A stretch of 64,000 nucleotides of DNA from Carcharhinus longimanus (lineage: Eukaryota). This document shows, one piece after another, positions 1 through 11,190 of this stretch. The position numbers were made by a program, and so were the translations under genes. Location: contig JASCQW010000156.1 in NCBI GenBank assembly GCA_030264375.1, forward strand, positions 24,090,829 through 24,154,828, given 5' to 3'. The notes under the pieces are model-generated. The model ran no database searches and was not told where the DNA came from. It saw nothing but the letters and a program-made list of their open reading frames with translations. Position 1 is the first letter of the stretch. Each line of letters opens with the position of its first letter.

Positions 1-130
1 GGCATAGCTTCTCCTCCAAGGCTTGATCTTATTTGCATCTTAACCAAAAGGCTGAGGTACCACTTTTTAAAAAATTGCTTCAAATGGAACTAAAATGTAA
101 CCTAATAACTTCAACCACGCACAGCATGTC

Positions 131-167
131 GATACTACACTTGATCTTAGCCAAAAGGCCAAGAGGC
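131..167 (-). pseudogene. 5' fragment of U2 snRNA (about nt 4-40)
   Basis: Reverse complement GCCTCTTGGCCTTTTGGCTAAGATCAAGTGTAGTATC matches the U2 5' end (GCTTCTCGGCCTTTTGGCTAAGATCAAGTGTAGTATC) at 35/37. The rest of U2 is absent. A more degraded copy lies at ~22-57. Confidence 0.85.
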
Positions 168-317
168 TTTTGAGCGAGCTAACAGTTTTAAAGCTCTAAA
201 TCAAGAGTCTGCTTGTTAATCTGAATTATAGCTCATGAAAAGCTTACCAGAAACATCTTCCTCGTTAGCACTTGTTCCACGTTGCACTAAGTCCTCATCA
301 TCTCCACATTTCGCTGT

Positions 318-660
318 GCTGGAGCTGTTCTCCTCAGAGAAGAGAACGTTGAGAGGAGATTTGATAGACGTGTTCAAAATCATTAGTGGTCAGACAGCAT
401 AGATTGAGAGGAACTGTTCCCACTGGTGAAAGAGTCAAAGAAGCAGTTGTGTTAGGCAAAAGAAACAGGTGATGTGAGCAAAAAATTTTTGTCTGTATTA
501 GGATTTGGAATGTGTTACTTGCGAGTGTGACAGAAGAATTCAATCGAAGCTTTGAAAATGGATAATTATCTGAAGAGAAAAAATTGCTGGGTAGTGGAAA
601 AGGATGAGGGAGTGGCTCATTAGCTGGCACTTGACACAAAGGGCCAAATAGCCCCCTCCT
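318..660 (+). mobile_element. Decayed CR1-clade LINE 3' end
   Basis: ctgttctcctcagagaagagaacgttgagaggagatttgatagacgtgttcaaaatc corresponds to the LFSLEKRRLRGDLIEVFKI-type ORF2 C-terminus, followed by a CR1-like tail. Confidence 0.7.
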
Positions 661-859
661 TTACTATAACTATTTAGTGCATCCTTAATGCTAACAAAAG
701 CATATTAACAGACACAATACACACTGGGAATGAGCCCTGTGTCTGTCTTGTATTATGTGGTTCTCTACCGTACTGGCTGCTATCTTTACCAACCAAGTCA
801 TTTAAGGGGATGCAACCTTTAATTAAACCATGGTGAAGATTGGAATTGGTAATCTTGGC

Positions 860-1268
860 CTTACACTTGCTGGAGTTTAGAAGGATGAGAGGGAATCTGA
901 TCGAGGTATAGAAAATTTTAAAAGGAATTGATAAAGTAAATGTAGACCAAATGATTCCTCTTATGGGACAATCCTAGAGCAATCCTAAAACAATAGGTTG
1001 GGAGGTGGTAGATTTAAAACTGAGATGAGGAGGAACTATTTCTCGCAGAAGGTGCTGAATTTGTGGAACTCGCTGTCCTGTAGCACGGTGAAGTCTGAAT
1101 CATTGAATGATTTCAAGAGGGAGATGAACACGTTTCTAATTTTAAAAGAAGGGAAATAGGAATGTAGGGAGATGGATTTGAGACCAGGGAGGGATCAGCC
1201 ACGATCTGATTGAATGGCGGAGCAGGCTTGAAGGGCTGAATTTGCCTACTTCTGCTCCTATGTTCCTC
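860..1268 (+). mobile_element. CR1-clade (HER1-like) LINE 3' end
   Basis: tggagtttagaaggatgagagggaatctgatcgaggtata at the start; tail gaatggcggagcaggcttgaagggctgaatttgcctacttctgctcctatgttcct. Confidence 0.8.
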
Positions 1269-1944
1269 ATATATTTGGATCATGACATGTAGAAGTCACA
1301 GGATTGCGACTGGCCAGTGGGCAAGTGATTGTAATCTATTTGCTGTGCCTTCTTGTACTTGGAGCAGTTTACATGTAGGCTGTACAAACTTGTTAACGAA
1401 CTTGTTTCTGCAAGCTACAGGATGCAATACAGATCATTCATTTTTTTTCCTGTAATCCTGGGTGCACAATGATCACTTAGTCACTAATATTGCTGGGCAT
1501 TATTTAGTGAATATTATTTCAGGTCCTTCTGCAATCAAGTGGTGTGCATGCCAAACAAAAAACCCCTAATATTACAGACCAAATCCAGTAGTACAGATAT
1601 TGTCAGTTCAAAGATGTTTCAAAATTAACCAAGTAAGATAGTATATTTCCTAATTAATGACCACCTGGTTAAAACCTCAGTAATACTCAAATTGTACATC
1701 AATGCTGGCACTAGTTTTGCCAAATCCTAACTGCTACACCAAATGTATGTACTATACAGTATTCTATTTCTTCATTCTGCTCTTTTAAACTTGGGTTATG
1801 TGGGGTGAGTTCTTTTTGAGCTGTGTAACACTAGGTTGAAGTACAGACTAGATCTCACCTGTTACTAGTTTTGGGAGAAATAAACTATCTTGAGGCTACA
1901 ATTAAGAGCATCATAAAGGAGTATTGTGCAACATTCAAGTGTGC

Positions 1945-2130
1945 TAAAAGCAAAATACTGTAGAAGCTGGAATTTGAAACAAAAACAGAAAATGCCGGAA
2001 AGCCTCAGCAGGTCAGACAGCATCTGTGGAGAGAGAATAGAGCCAATGTTTTGAGCAAATGTTTGCTCTATTCTCTCTCCACAGATGCTGTCAGACCTGT
2101 TGAGATTTTCCAGCATTTTCTGTTTTTATT
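1945..2130. mobile_element. Penelope-like element terminus present as an inverted pair (palindrome)
   Basis: aaaacagaaaatgccggaaagcctcagcaggtcagacagcatctgtggagagagaatagagc is followed by its reverse complement gctctattctctctccacagatgctgtcagacctgttgagattttccagcattttctgttttt. The same motif flanks the GIY-YIG fragment at 35768. Confidence 0.7.
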
Positions 2131-2299
2131 AGTAGTGTGGTAACCTGGATGAAAATTTATTTTTGATGCAATTAATAACTTTTGATAGGATTGTCTGCGT
2201 ATATGTGGAGGGTAACCTTGTATTACAATAGTAACCTTATTCATAGTAGCTCTTAATTCTGAATATATAATCTGTACTGCTGAAGCGTAAGTATGTTGG

Positions 2300-2730
2300 T
2301 GGGCTTGGATGGATGGTACTGTTGCCTCTGAAGGTTGCAGGTTCAAGCTTCACTCCAGAACTTGAGCCCAAAGACTAGACTGATGCTTCAGTCGAATACC
2401 ATGCAAAGTGCTGAATTGTTGGAGATGTGGTCTTTCTAACAATATGTTCTTAAAAAAGAGAGATGTTTCCTGTATATTTGTGTGGATGTAAAAAAAAAAT
2501 TCCATGTCACAGTTTGTGAAAAAGAAGGCATTTCCTATGCCCTGGCCAACATTCTGCCTTTAACCAACTCCATTAACACTTTAAATGATGGTTCATCTCA
2601 GTTACTGTTTGTGGAAGTTTGTGCAAATTGGTTGCTGCATTGTTTGCAAAACAGAATGATGGCACTTCAGGAAGTAAATGTTTGGATTTGAAGTGTTTGG
2701 GGGTGTTGATATGTGGTACTATATAAATGT
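2300..2730 (+). mobile_element. Old tRNA-derived SINE with a Deu-domain-like core
   Basis: Box-B-like ggttcaagc, then gtggatgtaaaa...ccatgtcac...gaaaaagaagg...ccctggccaacatt, resembling the Deu-SINE (AmnSINE1/SacSINE1-type) central domain. A similar decayed copy lies at ~54300-54620. Confidence 0.5.
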
Positions 2731-3170
2731 AAATTTTTTTCTAATACAGATATAAAGCATATTCAATCTATGTAAGTTGATATGTAGGGTGTACCTGGCA
2801 GTAAATTATGTTGTAACTAAATTATAAACAATTTAAAACCGAAGCTATGTATTAACCTGTGGGGTTAAAAATGAAAGGATGAGTGTTGGTTATATATCTT
2901 AAACAAAATTCTAGAAACACAACAAACCTTTTAGCATAAAGGAAAAGACAGGTTGACCGCTGGAAACCTTTCAAATGTTTAAATATTAAGCTGTTTCCTT
3001 TATTAGCTTCTTGTGGATCTACTGTGCATTTCTAGCATTTTCTGTCTTTATATCTGGACCAATTTGGTTACAGTAACATTTTGACATTTTTGTTAGTATT
3101 TACTATTGTAAATTGCTCTCAACATTTTCCACTTGGGTTTGCAATGCATACTGTTCCATAATCAGAGTCA

Positions 3171-3865
3171 TGTTGTGGTTCAGGTCTGAAACGCAAGTAT
3201 TTTATGAAGCCTGCCTGAATCATAATTTTTGCATTTTGAATCTGGGCTAGGGTAAGCATGAGGAGTTTCACTTCAGGTATAATTCAAGTGACCCACTAGG
3301 GAATTTTAATCAAACAATTTATTTAAAAATATAGTTGACGTGTAGTACTAAAATTAAAATTAGCAATAACTTTTATCAGTTACAAACAAGAAACAAAACA
3401 ACCACTATAATGTATAACTCTTAATGACGTATCTAATGATATTCCAATTAAAAACCAAAATCCAATAAACAAAACCCATCAAATAGATTTATCATTGCAC
3501 AGCCTAAAGCTCATGTGATAGTGGAATCCACTTCCCTGGGTTGAATGCAGATTTCAAATGATCTTGAAAACTCAGAGCAGCCTGCAGTCGTACCAGCTCC
3601 CCAGAACACCAAAGCACAAATTAATTACTGCAAAATGGCAACAAGCCTTTATTTCAGCTAATTGGTAAAATTCTCAAAGCAAAACAGAGAGAGGCTTCTT
3701 TTCCAGCTTGCTTCCAAGATGCCCGTAACACTGTAGCCAAAGCGAAACTGAAAGCTGCAAAACTTAAGTCACCTGACCCTGCCCAGTTCTTTTTCTAGCA
3801 ATGACATCACCAAAGGCTGTGACCACAAGTTAAAAAAAAACTCTTACGAGTTCACTAATATCACA
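3171..3865 (-). mobile_element. Solo LTR (probably Gypsy/ERV type)
   Basis: On the - strand it starts TGTGATATTAGTG and ends ...CCACAACA. Flanks gtca/gtct form a near-4-bp TSD. It is the reverse complement of 57328-58037 over a long block (ccctagtgggtcacttgaattatacctgaagtgaaactcctcatgcttaccctagcc). Confidence 0.65.
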
Positions 3866-3984
3866 GTCTGTAGCCAGTAGGTGGTTCTATGGAACAACTT
3901 CATCCCATCTGTGTTGCCTCTCTTTATAATGGAGATAGAAGTATGCAAGTAGGAGCATTTTATAAAGATAAAACACAGAACAGA

Positions 3985-4272
3985 CATGGTGGCACAGTGG
4001 TTAGCACAGCTGCCTCACAATGCCAAGGATCCACGTTTGATTCCCGGCTTGGGTCACTGTCTTTGTGAAGTTTGCACACGCTCGTTATGTTTGCTGGTTT
4101 CCTCTGGGTGCTCCAGTTTCCTCCCACAGTCCAAAAATGTGCATATTGGATGATCTGGACTTGCTAAATTCTCCTTAAGTGTAAACAAACTGAGGCTGGA
4201 GTGGTGACTAGGGGATTTTCACAGTACCTTTATTGCAGTGTGAATGTAAGTCTGCTTGTGACTGATAAATAT
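3985..4272 (+). mobile_element. HE1-like V-SINE, alternative 3' tail (type 2)
   Basis: tRNA-like head ggtggcacagtggttagcac...gtttgattcccggcttgggtcactgtc; body ggtttcctctgggtgctccagtttcctcccacagtcc; tail gactaggggattttcacagta...cttgtgactgataaa. Confidence 0.8.
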
Positions 4273-5729
4273 ACTTTGACATGATGCTATTATGCATCTA
4301 TGGTCAGTTGATGCTGTTCTGACACATGGTTTCCTCTTTCCATTCGCCATAACCATTGTTAAAGTAACATTATGCTTTGTCTGCCTGCCATCCTTTCCGC
4401 ACCCTGCTGTCCTTCTTCCCCACCATACCTTGACTTCCTCTTGACTTTGCCAGTGGTCCTGCTGCTTTACTTCACTTTCCCTCCTCCAGCTGCTGCAAAT
4501 TGCACTCTTCAACCAGATTTCTAATAAAACCTCCATCCTTTTGACCTAGCCTGCCATGCCAGCTCCTGCCTTAGACTGAGGTCTCACCCTGTTTACTGCT
4601 TCTTAGTGCCAAGCTATAACACAAATCAGTGCTTTCTGGAGAGGACCAGAGAGATGTTTTAACTTTTATTAGCACAGTGTCTCGTGCTGCAGGCCTCAAA
4701 GCTCAAGTTCTTGACACAAAATGTGGCTGCCAGAACCCACCAAGTGCAGTCATATGACAGATGAATACAAATTGTATTGAACAAAGTATTTAGCGTCAAC
4801 AGGAAATCCTTTTCAAAATATTTGAGTTAGATTTTTTAAATGTTTCAAATGTCTGCGTTGACTTCCAGAAACTCTGATATTGGGCAGGGAATCTCGCTGT
4901 TTGTTAAATATTTTGGTTTGATTGAATTGTGTTTCTCCATTGGTCCATTTATAGAGGAAATTGTATTGTCTTTGTGATGGTTTATTGTGTTTGAATATTT
5001 GTAATTCCTATTGAAATTATTGATTGCATTTGGGCAGAATCGAATGGTGTGATGCAAATGGCCAGTTTACACCGTATCATCATTTGATCTGTGTTTTTAA
5101 TGAATGAATCAACAGATTGAAACCATCTCATCTGGAATGCACGTTGCCAAATTAATAATACTGAACAGGATGTTAAACTCACCCTCAACCCCATCTTTAG
5201 TAACATTGGGGCTTCATCAACACAGAAGTGGGGGAAAATATGCTTTAGTTGTAAATAGTCGATGAAATGGAAGAGCCCAAGGTCGATCCCTGATCTGTGC
5301 TGAATTTAGAGTGTAGGGTGCTACACTTTGCCCCAGTGTTATTGTCCAATGGTGAAAGGAAAGAACAAGCTTTACTTTGCATGGGTACCTTATCAAATCC
5401 TCTCAAGATGTTCCAAAGTGCATTACAACCAATGAGTTACTTCTGAAGTACAAACAATGCTGTTATGTAGACAAACATGGCAACCAATTTGCTTACAAGG
5501 TCTCACAAAGAATAAATAGATTTTCCTTTAATCTGTTTTGTTGGAGTTGGCTGAGTAGAAAAATTCTAAGTCCAGTGTTAAAGCCACAGAAATCCAGACT
5601 ACCAACTGAACCAAGCGAGCTAAAATAGTTCTGATTGCTGGCATAATTCTTACAGCAATGTTTTGAACATGTTTTATTGCGTTCATTATGTTGTTCTAAT
5701 GCTCTTTGGTGGGTTTATGGCTGTTGTAG

Positions 5730-5831
5730 GCATTCCTTCTGATTGGTGCATGAATCTGGACACTCTGAAGGAGAGTTTCCGTATTGCTAGCAGTTTCAAC
5801 TGGTCTGATGTGGATCTCTCCCAGTTTCAAG
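5730..5831 (+). CDS. FOXJ3: Forkhead box protein J3, internal coding exon (gene begins upstream of the window)
   Basis: Acceptor gttgtag|GC and donor CAAG|gtagg. Encodes (G)[33 protein letters not shown](G), matching the recalled FOXJ3 motif [21 protein letters not shown]. Phase 1/1 is compatible with the next exon. Confidence 0.92.
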
Positions 5832-6523
5832 GTAGGTTGCTGATAACGTGGAGCTGTGCTCCCTACCCACTGTGGTTTATTGGAACTCTCCAAGGTGCAG
5901 GTTCTGGCTTCCTAAAGGCAGAAGTAATAAAGTGAAGACGAGGCAGTTTAAAAGTAAAATGTAACCCAGAAGGTCTACAAAACTTTACAGGCCTCAAATG
6001 TTATGATTAAAGCACATGTTTATGTGTGATTTAGGACATATTTTTGCTGAGGGAGGTTAAACCATTGCTATTTCTGCTACAATATCCTTGTACAATTTGG
6101 GAACTTCAGCCCTGAGCTGCAGAAGAGAAATCTTTTTCAGTAAAGTCTCATTAACGGGTGTAATCCTATGCAAGTTTGCATTTAGTTCTGGTCTCACTCA
6201 GATTTGGAAATGGTAGGTTTATTCTGTTTTTTCACGCCATGCTGACCACACACATCCACAAACCAACCTGACCCTGTGCACACAACAAAAATTGGCTGAT
6301 TGAACACAAAAGCCTGTGTGTGGAGCTAGTTTAGGCATTAGTGTTATTTACTTTATTGACTTTGTTTTAATTTTATTTGCTTTATCATTTTCTTTATGTT
6401 ACAGTTAGTTGGCCTTTTTTTAAGATACCTGCTTTGCCTGTCAGGCTGTGGACCCATTGGTTCTTTAGCCTCTTGTTTCCCTGGATTCTCTCCTTAACAC
6501 TCTGTCATGCCTTTTATCCGCAG

Positions 6524-6715
6524 GTCTGATGGAGAGTATGAAACAGGCGGATCTCAATAACTGGTCACTCGATCCTGTTCAGTTTGCGGACTTGTGCTCT
6601 TCCCTAAACCAGTTCTTCACACAAACTGGTCTGATCCAGTCACAAGGGAACATGCCGCCCTCGGTTTGTCACAGCACAATGCATTCGCAGAAACCAAACC
6701 AGCACATCAGTACAG
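6524..6715 (+). CDS. FOXJ3: Forkhead box protein J3, internal coding exon
   Basis: Acceptor ttttatccgcag|GT and donor ACAG|gtata. Encodes (G)[63 protein letters not shown](G), near-identical to recalled FOXJ3 [38 protein letters not shown]. Confidence 0.96.
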
Positions 6716-8270
6716 GTATAGACGGCAAACTGTAGAGCTAGTTACAGCTTTTAATTTGTCAATAAGGTATTGAAATAGGTGAAGCTTTAAAGATGAGTAA
6801 ACTTTTGTTTGTTAGGCCATGGCAATTCAGAAAATTGTTGCTCAGCTTTAACCCCAAGAAAAAGTGCCAAGCAGGCCATTTTGTTTTTAAATTTATGTTT
6901 ACCTTTTATAAGTTTCGATTTATTTTGGAAGGACAAGGGAAACAGCCAACATTATTGTGCAAAGGGAAGGTGTTTTATCTGCTTCTCAATCTTTCTTGTT
7001 ACAAACGGGAAAAAAAAGCTTTGTGTGTGTCTGGAGCCAAATTGATAACACTATCAGTTTGCACAATGTGCCCTGGGCTGTCCGTGTGAAACGCACCAGG
7101 CACCTCCACGTAAAAAGGCTGTAATAATTTGAACAAGCCGCTTCTGTTCACCACCTGAAATCACCCCAAAAAAACCACTGGAGAGTTGTAGACAGACTTG
7201 GATGGGGAACAGAACCAAACTTGCAATAAAGGAGCCTGTTTTCAGTCTGGTTTTGATTTGATGGTTTGCCTTTATAATTGTGGCAAATCAATAAAAAGAG
7301 AAGCGTCCGATCATGCACCGCACATCAGATTATTTGTTAACAAAGGAGTTTTGCAGCTTAGCTTGGCGACACTCTCCCTTAATCTCTAATTCCTAACCAA
7401 CAATTTACATTTACAGCATTCTGCTTTCCAGGTTTAGCAGCTCCTAATTGCGCCTGTCTTTTGAAATTAACTGTTCCTTTTTTTTTACAGCTTCTCTGCT
7501 CCTTATTCTAGAGTTTATCAACATGCTGCTTAAATTTTTCAGGTTTCTCCAGTTCCTGACGATTACTTTTGCTTGCTTTCTTTGCACATTTTATTTTGCC
7601 TTTCCGTTCTACTCGAGATCTCCCTCTTTGCATTTGCAATACATAGACCTCTATGGCTTTCCCACTCTGCAGTCTGTTGGTTTCTAATTAAATTTTCTAC
7701 TTTCTGCCTTCTACTAACTGGACTCTCTTATCACGTCCACTTTCAATTGCTGGCTACAGCTCTTTTCCATACTTTACTCACCATTTGAAGCCACGTTTCG
7801 TTTTGCAAGCATTGACTATTATTTCCTCTGCTCTGCTAAACAGGATTGCTAAATTCAAAATTAAGGACTTAAAGCACCAGATAACAGGACCAGTCAGTAG
7901 TTAATAGATGCACTGATCGACAACAAAATTATAGCTTGGTCCTGCTGATGTTGTGTTACTAACTCTCCTGTTGGCTTATTTGATTGAAGCTGTAAATAGC
8001 TGTTCCATATCGACCAAGAAGGTCCCACTTCAGTCCTCAATGCTGATTTTGGTTGCTACTAGTGGGCTATAGTTAGCCTCAGTCTTCTGGAGTTAAAGTA
8101 GAGAAATTTTTTGAGTTCTTTCTCCAAATCACTATCAAACAATTCCTCCTCAGCCACCCACTATAACCATTAGAACTGAAGAGTCTGTATAGAGAATGAG
8201 TGAAGGCAGGAACAGGTAAGGGCATGACTCAATTGCAGAGTCCAGGGCACCCCACCCACCCACACGCGCG

Positions 8271-8275
<5 letters not shown>

Positions 8276-8315
<40 letters not shown>
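8276..8315 (+). repeat. (CA)n microsatellite
   Basis: About 20 CA units read directly. Confidence 0.95.
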
Positions 8316-8319
<4 letters not shown>

Positions 8320-10053
8320 TGGATATTTGAGCAAGGTAGTGGATGGTGACCAATATTTATTCGTTCTCCATTTTGTTTTCTATTGGTCTCTTGCTTTGTC
8401 TCCAGTCAAGGGCTCTGGCAGAGATGCAACTCATTGTAACTATCTCTAATCACCTATAAGGAGAAGTGGCCCTGAATTTCTCTCTCTCCCTGTGGAGCAA
8501 CACAAGTTTTCACTCAGGGTGCTTCCACAACATAACTGTCTAGACAATAGATTATTTTTATGAACATCACAATGGACCTCCACTATGCTGTGCCTCCACA
8601 CCATCCGTTGACTTAATTTCCAAAACAGCACTGAAGTCTGTTACACGCTATTTCAGAATTAGTAAATGCAGCTGCTCCTCCTTTATTAATGGGTTTGTAT
8701 GCGGATCTGAGGAACAAAATTGCCATGAGCTAACTGTAAATGTTTAAATTCTGAATATTTTAATATGTAATTAAATACGTACACAGGACTGTCTGCATAA
8801 ATAGATAAATGTTCAACTTGCAGTTTGTTCTTCGCTCTGTTGAAGGCTCATTCCCTTACTGTTGGAATGTCTTCAGTTTGCTGAGATTTCTTTCTGTGAC
8901 CTAATCATTGGTTTTACATGGCAGTGTTAGCAAGAAACAATTTTAAATTCATGAAAATGTTTGTGTACAAGTACAAATAATCCATTTTGTTACGTCAACT
9001 TAAGAGAAAAGGCTTGCAATCTTTTTCACAAATTTTACAAGCAAAAGAAATGGTGATGAGAATAGTGTAATTAAATCTGTGGAATGAAAAGTTAATACTG
9101 TACTCCGGTATAATTGATCAATAACATCCCCCTCACCTTCAGTTTCAAAGAAGCTTTTTTTAATAATCGAATAGGGACTTCTCTCTGGTAAATGGAACAT
9201 TTGTCGTCTTTTTAACAACAAAGTCAGGTATATCACCATCAAGCATACCTCCAATAGGTTAAGTGCAAGCTCTATTTATTCTGACCACAGGCAAATATTC
9301 GTGTAGCTATATGCTCAGTAGCATTGACCTTAATTTATCTCTACCAGTGTAACATTCTTACATTTGCCATGCTTTTGATCCTTGCAGCAAATGAGATGGA
9401 CAATCCCGGCGTGATTTAAGTGAGTTTTAGGTTATGGATCTGTCCAATTGGGAGCTGGGTTGTCAAAACTTAATCGCATAGAACCCTGAGAACCAGCAGA
9501 AAGAGGAGATTTCACCCATTGGTAGGAGCCAGATTCAAACCCTAGTCCAAAGCTGAAAGTTCAGTGTGCTCAGTTTTCTTGACATCTTCTTGGCATTTGT
9601 TTCTTATTCCAAATTTGAAATAATTAATGGATGATGGTGATGAGTGAAAGGTTTCTTCCTGCATCTTTAATGGACATTTATGTAAACATCCTCAAATTTT
9701 GTACTGTATTAAAAACATCCATACTGGAGATGGATTTACTTGAATGCTGCACACATTTGGCATGACACATCTCATCCAAACATAACAGCAAAGGTGAAAA
9801 AATAAGTCAGCGATGTTTCACACAAAAGTGGAAGTAAATGACCGAAAGATTTAATGTTTGTTTGTCTCTCAAAATTACATCCATTTCTTATTTAGCTCTG
9901 TACATTTCCTCAAGTTGTTTTTTATTTGTGTGGGAAAAGACCAGATATGTTCATTTGGATTGACAATAGTGCTGGGTTTGGTTGTTTTACGCTATTAATG
10001 TTTATTTGCACTGAAGTGGTGATTTCTCACTCCTGCACCACTTTCTCACACAG

Positions 10054-10158
10054 GAAGCTTGTACATTGACTCCAGACAAAACCTTCCTGCTTCAATGATG
10101 GGGCCCCCTGGGTACCCCCATCTCCCACCTCTCAGTACCCCAGGACCAGCCATGACAG
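10054..10158 (+). CDS. FOXJ3: Forkhead box protein J3, penultimate coding exon (absent from the ORF track)
   Basis: Acceptor ctttctcacacag|GA and donor ACAG|gtaatt. Encodes (G)[34 protein letters not shown], matching recalled FOXJ3 [23 protein letters not shown]. 105 nt, phase 1/1. Confidence 0.93.
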
Positions 10159-10999
10159 GTAATTGCCCCATATTAACTGCATATCCTGGGGCTGCCACTT
10201 TATTTTTTTCCTCCCTCCTTTCTTTTCCCCTTTGACCTGCATGTTGCATGCATGTCTGGGATCCTGGGTACACCTTACTTGCATGTTTCTGCCAGAGACT
10301 GGGAACGGTTAAAAATGAAAATAGTTTCACAGTTAACCTAATTTTGTAATGCATCCTTAAACAGGGCAGGCACTGGTGGGCATAGGACTTCTGAGGTATC
10401 ATTTTGCTCATTGTCCATTTGGTAACTGCCTTTACAGCATACCCCAGCTGATGACACTTGCCTCCAAGTTGGGATGTTGTTATTTCAAAATACTTCCCAA
10501 TCTGTTGAATCTTTTTGGAGTGTCCTAAGGATGTGTAAAGGGGCTGTATAAATGTATGTTCCTTTGTTAATACAGCAGCTCCAGAATTACGTTATCACAG
10601 AACCCTAGCTAATTCGTTTTGAGTTCCTGATGCAGTCTCCCCTTTAAAGTTTCTGGTTAGACTGCATTTGACAGCACCCCAACAGTTCACAATTTAAAAT
10701 TCCTGAAAGTTGAAATCCCAAATGTAATTCATTTAAACAGTAACCATTTTCCCGAACATCTCCTTTCTCTCATTTTGAGCAAAATTTTACCATGTACATG
10801 GAGCCCTTAACTAACTGGTACCTCTGTCTATCTGCATGCAAATCTGTTTTATTGGCAATGATTTATCAGTGAAGAATAATTTTCAACCCAGGGCTTTCAT
10901 CCAAGGACTTAATGTGTNNNNNNNNNNNNNNNNNNNNNNNNNNNNNNNNNNNNNNNNNNNNNNNNNNNNNNNNNNNNNNNNNNNNNNNNNNNNNNNNNN

Positions 11000-11190
11000 C
11001 ACCAGATTAAAGTCCAACAGGTTTATTTGGTATCACAAACTTGTGGAGCGTTGCTCCTTCATCAGGTCACCTGATGAAAGAGCAGTGCTCCGAAAGCTTG
11101 TGGTACCAAATTAATCTGTTGGACTTTAATCTGGTGTTGTGAGACTTTTTACTGTGCTCACCCCAGTCCAATGCCGGCAACTCCATATCA
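11000..11190. mobile_element. Penelope-like terminal repeat, head-to-head palindrome with hammerhead-like cores
   Basis: ccagattaaagtccaacagg...gctccttcatcagg-tca-cctgatgaaagagcagtgctccgaaagc...ctgttggactttaatctggtg. Another copy of the distal part lies at 48349-48421. Confidence 0.65.
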
